DNA of 52,963 nt, counting the filler, from Spirochaetales bacterium (GTDB lineage Bacteria > Spirochaetota > Spirochaetia > Treponematales > UBA12059): assembly GCA_016928955.1 (NCBI GenBank). It is 2 parts of 2 records of this genome, joined end to end, with 100 filler letters (N's around TTAATTAATTAA, not from the genome) between each part and the next. Parts side by side here need not be neighbours in the genome. Positions count along the whole stretch, not along the records: positions 27,962 to 52,963 come from JAFGJV010000045.1; 1 more part is not named here. One strand, given 5' to 3'. The translations under genes were made by a program, and so were the position numbers. Each line of letters begins with the position of its first letter. Position 1 is the stretch's first letter. Shown in pieces: positions 47,783-52,963 of the stretch. The notes beneath the pieces were generated by a model, which did not search any database, was not told the origin of the DNA, and saw nothing but the letters and a program-made list of their open reading frames with translations.

Positions 47783-49912
47783 ATGGCTCTGTCTTTGCGT
47801 TTCAAACTTTTGGTGCTCACCATCGTGCCCATTGTGCTCCTTGCGGGCTTTGGGGGCTTTTTGGTGTATCAAAACTGGCAGGACGGCATCAAGATCATAG
47901 ACGCCCAGAAACGCATGACCCTGATATCCAGCCTGTCCCGCCTCACGTCAGCCGTACAGACGGAACGTGGCGTCAGCACCCTCTACCTGAGCGGGGCCGC
48001 GGCCGCCGACCAGCTCCTGCCGGCCCGCACGGCCACGGACGGAGCCTGGGAAGAGGCCCGCGTCGCCCTTGAGGAATCCACCGTGGTATCCTGGGTACTG
48101 AGCGACCTGTCTACCGCCTTTGGGTCCATATCCGAGTCGCGCAGGGAGGTGACCGAGCGCTCGGTCCTTCAGACCTCGTCCTTTGCCTCCTATACCACGC
48201 TGGTAAATTTAACCCTGGACGCCATAGCAGAGTCGGCCCGCGTGGACGCGGCCAAGGCGTCGGAAGCCCTTACCGCCATGCTGATAACGGAAGCCGCCCA
48301 GGAATACGCCGAGCAGACGCGCGCGTACGCGTCCAATATCTTTGCCCTGGACCTGCCTATATTGGAATCCAGCCTGCAGCAGCTGTTTGGCTCCTACGCC
48401 GCCATCACGGTCAACCTTGAGAGCCGGAGCTTTACCATGTCCGGCGAGGCCGAGATCGCGCTGTCCGAACTGTACGCCAGCCAGGCCTGGGCGGACCTGG
48501 AGGCCGCCGTGCTGGATATATCCAGCATGTCGTACGTGGGCGGTTACGGAAAGGACAGCCTGGAGTTCTACAAGGCCACGGCCGGCGTGATAGACGGCAT
48601 CAAGGCCGTCAGGAAGCTGACCGCCCAGGACGCAGAGCGCAGCCTGAGCATGCGCAAGGCCCAACTGAGCAAGACCACCCTGGTCATAGCCGCGGTGGTT
48701 GGCGGCGCCGTCCTCATCCTGGCCATACTGTCCTTCCTGATAGAGTCGAACATCATAAGCAGGATCAAGCACGTGTCAGGCGGCATGGCCGAGATAGCAT
48801 CCGGCGACGCGGACCTCACGCGCTCGGTGGCCGTGGGCACGACGGACGAGCTGGGAGCCCTGGCCGGCCACTTCAACGACTTTACCGGCATGCTCAGGGG
48901 CCTCCTAGACCGCGTAAAAACCGAGATACACTCCCTGGACGACGGCATGCAGCGCCTGTCGGCCAACACCGAGGAAACTGCCGGCGCCATCCGCCAGATC
49001 AGCGCCAACATAGAAAGCCTCAAGCACCAAACCCTGAACCAGAGCGCGTCCGTGACCGAGTCCAGCGCAACCGTGGAGCAGATAGCCAAGAACATAGCCC
49101 TCCTGTACAAGCAGATCGAGCGGCAGGCGGACGGCGTGTCCACGTCGTCGTCGTCCATAGAGGAGATGGTGGCCAATATCCAGTCCGTCACGGCCACCAT
49201 AGAGCGCATGGGCTCATACTACCAGCAGCTCCTGGGCAAGTCCGACACCGGACGCTCGGCCATCGAGACCGTGGCGCGCCAGGTCAAGGACATAGACTCG
49301 CAGTCGGAAACCCTGCAGGAAGCCAACAGCCTGATAGCCAGCATAGCCGCCCAGACCAACCTTCTGGCCATGAACGCCGCCATAGAGGCGGCCCACGCCG
49401 GGGAGGCCGGACAGGGCTTTGCGGTGGTGGCCGACGAGATACGCAAGCTGGCGGAGAACGCCGCCGCCCAGTCCAAGACCATTACCCAGAACATCAAGGG
49501 CATCAGGAACGTGATAGAGGCCGTGGTGAACAGCTCCGCGGACAGCGCCCGGACCTTTGAGGACATCCTGGAACAGATACGCATGCTGTCGCGCCTGGAA
49601 GAGGAAGTCCGCTACGCCATGCAGGAGCAGAGCTCGGGCTCGGCCCAGATCCTGGACTCCCTGTCCAACATCAACATGGTGACCACGGAGGTCAGGCAGT
49701 CGGCCCAGGAAATGCAGGAAGGCTCGAACACGGTCCTGACCGAGATGCGCAGGCTCCTGCAGTTGTCCGGCGAGCTGGAGAACGGCATGCTGGAAATGGC
49801 CGCGGGCGCCGAGGAAATCCGCCGCGCCGCCCAGGACACCAACGATTTGTCCGTGGAAGCCACGCACTCCATGAAAGCCCTGCGCTCGGAAACAGACAAG
49901 TTTACAACCTGA
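47783..49912 (+). CDS. Methyl-accepting chemotaxis protein with NIT-like sensor domain
   Basis: Two TMs, VQTERGVS (NIT-like), HAMP, QTNLLAMNAAIEAAHAGEAGQGFAVVADEIRKLAE. Confidence 0.93.
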   Translation: MALSLRFKLLVLTIVPIVLLAGFGGFLVYQNWQDGIKIIDAQKRMTLISSLSRLTSAVQTERGVSTLYLSGAAAADQLLPARTATDGAWEEARVALEESTVVSWVLSDLSTAFGSISESRREVTERSVLQTSSFASYTTLVNLTLDAIAESARVDAAKASEALTAMLITEAAQEYAEQTRAYASNIFALDLPILESSLQQLFGSYAAITVNLESRSFTMSGEAEIALSELYASQAWADLEAAVLDISSMSYVGGYGKDSLEFYKATAGVIDGIKAVRKLTAQDAERSLSMRKAQLSKTTLVIAAVVGGAVLILAILSFLIESNIISRIKHVSGGMAEIASGDADLTRSVAVGTTDELGALAGHFNDFTGMLRGLLDRVKTEIHSLDDGMQRLSANTEETAGAIRQISANIESLKHQTLNQSASVTESSATVEQIAKNIALLYKQIERQADGVSTSSSSIEEMVANIQSVTATIERMGSYYQQLLGKSDTGRSAIETVARQVKDIDSQSETLQEANSLIASIAAQTNLLAMNAAIEAAHAGEAGQGFAVVADEIRKLAENAAAQSKTITQNIKGIRNVIEAVVNSSADSARTFEDILEQIRMLSRLEEEVRYAMQEQSSGSAQILDSLSNINMVTTEVRQSAQEMQEGSNTVLTEMRRLLQLSGELENGMLEMAAGAEEIRRAAQDTNDLSVEATHSMKALRSETDKFTT

Positions 49913-49949
49913 CGCCAGCCTGTTTCCGGCGGCACAGGCATCCGTACAT

Positions 49950-49986
49950 AAAAAACGCGGCCCCCTTTACAGGGAGCCGCGTTTTT
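49950..49986. terminator. Bidirectional intrinsic terminator between the MCP and leuS
   Basis: A6-CGCGGC..GCCGCG-T5 hairpin between convergent genes. Confidence 0.88.
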
Positions 49987-50003
49987 GTTGCGGTAACGCC
50001 GCC

Positions 50004-52439
50004 TCAGCCTTTGACCACGAAGTTGACCAGCTTGCCCGGCACCACGATGACCTTGGCCACGTCCTTGCCGGCCAGGTGCTCGGCTACCTTGGGCACGGCC
50101 CGGGCCAGGCGCTCAAGCTCGTCCTTGCCCGCGTCCTTGCCGGCCTTGAAGTCGCCGCGGAGCTTGCCGTTGACCTGCACCACCACGGTAAGCTCGTCGT
50201 CCTCGCACAGGGCCGGATCCCAGCGCGGCCAGGCCGCCTCGACGATGCTGTCCGCGTGGCCGAGCTTCTCCCACAGCTCCTCGGCCAGATGCGGCGCGTA
50301 GGGCGCCAGCATCAGCACCAGGGGATCGTACAGCTCGCGCGGCAGGGCGTCCAGCTTGGCCAGCTCAGCCGAATAGACCATCATCTGCGATATGGCCGTG
50401 TTGTAGTTCATGCTCCCCGTGTCCTCTGACACCTTGCGCACGGTTTTGTGGCAGAGGCGCAACAGGCCCTGGTCGGGAGCCGCGTCCGTAACGGGCTTGT
50501 CGCCCAAGGCCCAGCAGCGTTCCAGGAAGCGGGACACGCCGGTTAGCCCGGCCGTGGACCAGGGCTTTTCCGCCTCTATGGGCCCCATGAACATGATGAA
50601 CACGCGGAGGGCGTCCGCGCCCACCTCGGCCACGTAATCGTCCGGGTTGACCGTATTGCCGCGCGACTTGGACATGCGCTGGCCGTCCGTGCCCAGGATC
50701 TGTCCCTGGTTTACGAGGCGCAGGAAGGGTTCGTCCGTGTTCACAAGGCCAAGGTCAAAGAGCACCTTATGCCAGAAGCGCGCGTACAAGAGGTGGAGCA
50801 CGGCGTGCTCAACGCCGCCCACATACAGGTCCACGGGCATCCAGTAGTCCACGGCCGCCTTGCCGGCAAAGGCCGTTTTGTTCCTCGGGTCCAGGAAGCG
50901 GAGGTAGTACCAGCACGAGCCGGCCCACTGAGGCATGGTGTTGGTCTCCCTGCGCGCCGGCCCCCCGCAGACCGGGCAGGTGGTGTTCACCCACGACTCG
51001 ATGGTGGCCAGGGGGCTTTCGCCCGTGCCGGACGGCTCGTAGCTGTCCACCTCAGGCAAGCGCAGGGGCAACTCGGATTCAGGCAGGGGCACCACGCCGC
51101 AGCGCTCGCAGTGCACCAAAGGCATGGGCTCGCCCCAGTAGCGCTGTCGGCTGAACAGCCAGTCGCGGAGCTTGTAGTTGACGGCCAGCTTGCCAAGGCC
51201 CTTGCCCTCAAGCCAGGCCGTGATGGCCTTCTTGAACTCTGCCGTGGGCATGCCGTCCCAGTCGCCAGAGTTCACCGCCACGCCTTCCTCGCTGTGGCAC
51301 TCCACAGGCTCGCCGCGCAGGCTGTCCGCATCGGCGCCCGAGGGCGCGACCACCCGCACGATGGGCAGGCCGAATTTCTTGGCAAAGGCCCAGTCGCGCT
51401 CGTCGTGGGCGGGCACGGCCATGATGGCCCCCGTGCCGTAGCTGGCCAGCACGTAGTCGGATATCCAGATGGGAATCTTGCGCCCGTTGACCGGGTTGAC
51501 GGCGTAGGAACCCGTGAACACGCCGGTCTTGTCCTTGGACAGCTCGGTGCGCTCCAGGTCGCTCTTCATGGCCGCCGCCGCCACGTACTGGTCCACCGCC
51601 GCTTTCTGGGCGGGCGTGGCCAGGCGGGACACCAGGGCGTGCTCGGGCGCCAGCACCATGTACGTGGCGCCAAAGAGCGTGTCCGGGCGCGTGGTGAACA
51701 CCTCCAGGCGCTCGCTCATGCCGTCCACGGCGAACACCACCTGGGCGCCCTCGGAGCGGCCTATCCAGTTGCGCTGCATGGCCTTGACCGGCTCCGGCCA
51801 GTTCACCTTGTCCAGGTCCGAAAGGAGCCGGTCGGCGTAGGCCGTGATCCTCAGTACCCACTGACGTATGCGCTTGCGCGTGACCGGCGTGTGGCAGCGG
51901 TCGCATTCCCCGTTTACCACTTCCTCGTTGGCCAGGCCCGTCTTGCACGACGGGCACCAGTTGATGGGCATGTCCGACTCGTAGGCAAGGCCCCGCTTGT
52001 ACAGCTGGAGGAATATCCACTGCGTCCAGGCGTAGTACTCGTCGTCGGTTGTGGAGAATTCGCGGTCCCAGTCGTAGAGAAAGCCCATGGACTTTATCTG
52101 CTCCCGGAAGTGGTCCACGTTGACCTTGGTGGTCACGGCCGGGTGGGTGCCCGTCTTGATGGCGTAGTTCTCCGCCGGCAGGCCAAAGGCGTCAAAGCCC
52201 ATGGGATGCAGGACGTTGTAGCCGTTCATCCTGAGGTAGCGGCAGTACATGTCCGTGATGGTGTAGTTCTCCACGTGCCCGGCGTGGAGGCCGGCTCCCG
52301 AGGGATAGGGGAACATGTCCAACACGTAGGCCCGCTTGTCCTTGGGATAGGCCGGGTCCTCGGTGACGCGCCACGCCCTGTCGGCGTCCCAGCGCGCCTG
52401 CCACTTCTTCTCGATGTCCGTGAACGGGTACTTAGCCAT
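50004..52439 (-). CDS. leuS: Leucine-tRNA ligase
   Basis: [43 protein letters not shown]. Confidence 0.98.
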   Translation of the reverse strand: MAKYPFTDIEKKWQARWDADRAWRVTEDPAYPKDKRAYVLDMFPYPSGAGLHAGHVENYTITDMYCRYLRMNGYNVLHPMGFDAFGLPAENYAIKTGTHPAVTTKVNVDHFREQIKSMGFLYDWDREFSTTDDEYYAWTQWIFLQLYKRGLAYESDMPINWCPSCKTGLANEEVVNGECDRCHTPVTRKRIRQWVLRITAYADRLLSDLDKVNWPEPVKAMQRNWIGRSEGAQVVFAVDGMSERLEVFTTRPDTLFGATYMVLAPEHALVSRLATPAQKAAVDQYVAAAAMKSDLERTELSKDKTGVFTGSYAVNPVNGRKIPIWISDYVLASYGTGAIMAVPAHDERDWAFAKKFGLPIVRVVAPSGADADSLRGEPVECHSEEGVAVNSGDWDGMPTAEFKKAITAWLEGKGLGKLAVNYKLRDWLFSRQRYWGEPMPLVHCERCGVVPLPESELPLRLPEVDSYEPSGTGESPLATIESWVNTTCPVCGGPARRETNTMPQWAGSCWYYLRFLDPRNKTAFAGKAAVDYWMPVDLYVGGVEHAVLHLLYARFWHKVLFDLGLVNTDEPFLRLVNQGQILGTDGQRMSKSRGNTVNPDDYVAEVGADALRVFIMFMGPIEAEKPWSTAGLTGVSRFLERCWALGDKPVTDAAPDQGLLRLCHKTVRKVSEDTGSMNYNTAISQMMVYSAELAKLDALPRELYDPLVLMLAPYAPHLAEELWEKLGHADSIVEAAWPRWDPALCEDDELTVVVQVNGKLRGDFKAGKDAGKDELERLARAVPKVAEHLAGKDVAKVIVVPGKLVNFVVKG

Positions 52440-52549
52440 TGGAACAACTCCGTTGTGCGAATGGGCGACCCTGACAAAGGGCCCGGGGCGCCGTTCGGAC
52501 GATACTACAACAGAGCGGGCCGAGCGGCAAGGCCGGCGGACCAGAGCGC

Positions 52550-52963
52550 CTAGTCCACGGAACCGTCGGCCCGCACGGCGGCGATATTCGACCGGCCCAC
52601 GGCACCCACCGAGCCGTCCTTCATGCCAAGAACCAGCGCGAAATGCGTTTCCGGACGGTCGTAATGGACGATGATGGGGGCAAAACCTTTCTCCAAGGCT
52701 TTTTCTAGAGCGCTCACGTCCATTTTATACGCCCGACACGCCAACCCGTATCCGGTCAGGGCCTGGGCCATATCCGCAAGGCTGACGGTATAGTCGCCCC
52801 GCTCCAGTTTTTCCTTGAGCACAAGCTCAATCAGCTCGTACTCGCTCGAGCCGATGTCATAGTACACGTCCAGGAGGGTAGCCGCCACCGTTAACCCGCA
52901 GGACGTGTCATAGCCCTGCTCATGGCAGAACTCGAAACGCAGTTCTTCTTTTGAAAGTACCAA
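52550..52963 (-). CDS. Peptidase C39-like protein (5' end outside the window, possibly 3'-truncated)
   Basis: [19 protein letters not shown]....HFALV. Confidence 0.75.
   Translation of the reverse strand: MVLSKEELRFEFCHEQGYDTSCGLTVAATLLDVYYDIGSSEYELIELVLKEKLERGDYTVSLADMAQALTGYGLACRAYKMDVSALEKALEKGFAPIIVHYDRPETHFALVLGMKDGSVGAVGRSNIAAVRADGSVD

Noticed and set aside
50004..52439. LeuRS HAGH and RMSKS variants of HIGH and KMSKS
   Set aside because: Conservative changes within normal class I synthetase variation.

Overview
High-GC bacterial genomic DNA, probably a free-living anaerobic spirochaete (inferred from the MCP style and a Treponema-type repeat; not verified). The window is two contigs joined by an artificial spacer (N-run with TTAATTAATTAA, 27862-27961), so synteny across that point means nothing. 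Left contig: a sugar-sensing locus (binding protein, LytS/YesM kinase, YesN regulator) with a monosaccharide ABC importer; DUF4256; an FMN riboswitch with an extra hairpin ahead of ribD-ribE-ribBA-ribH; a CDF transporter; a NorR-like sigma54 activator operon (VIT1/ferritin-like protein, CbbX-type AAA+) divergent from a sigma54-driven peroxiredoxin; an unexplained six-gene phospho-signalling cluster; and a truncated DEAD-box helicase. Right contig: a probable IS21 end, sua5, purE, a cobalamin riboswitch with btuFCD-cobT-cobD/cobQ-cbiB, a tandem pseudo-histidine kinase, purK, ftsK, uppP, slyD, a NusG-II/Gx-transporter/EcfT-like triad, a NIT-domain MCP, leuS and a partial C39 peptidase. The best novel-system candidate is 20598-27394: Ser/Thr kinase, calcineurin-like phosphoesterase, two membrane FHA proteins (one with vWA) and two divergent paralogues of an unknown domain, one fused to an HU/IHF domain. 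The second candidate is the NorR-like regulator with three CACCGA-N4-TCGGTG boxes facing a peroxiredoxin. All calls are by eye; no searches were run.
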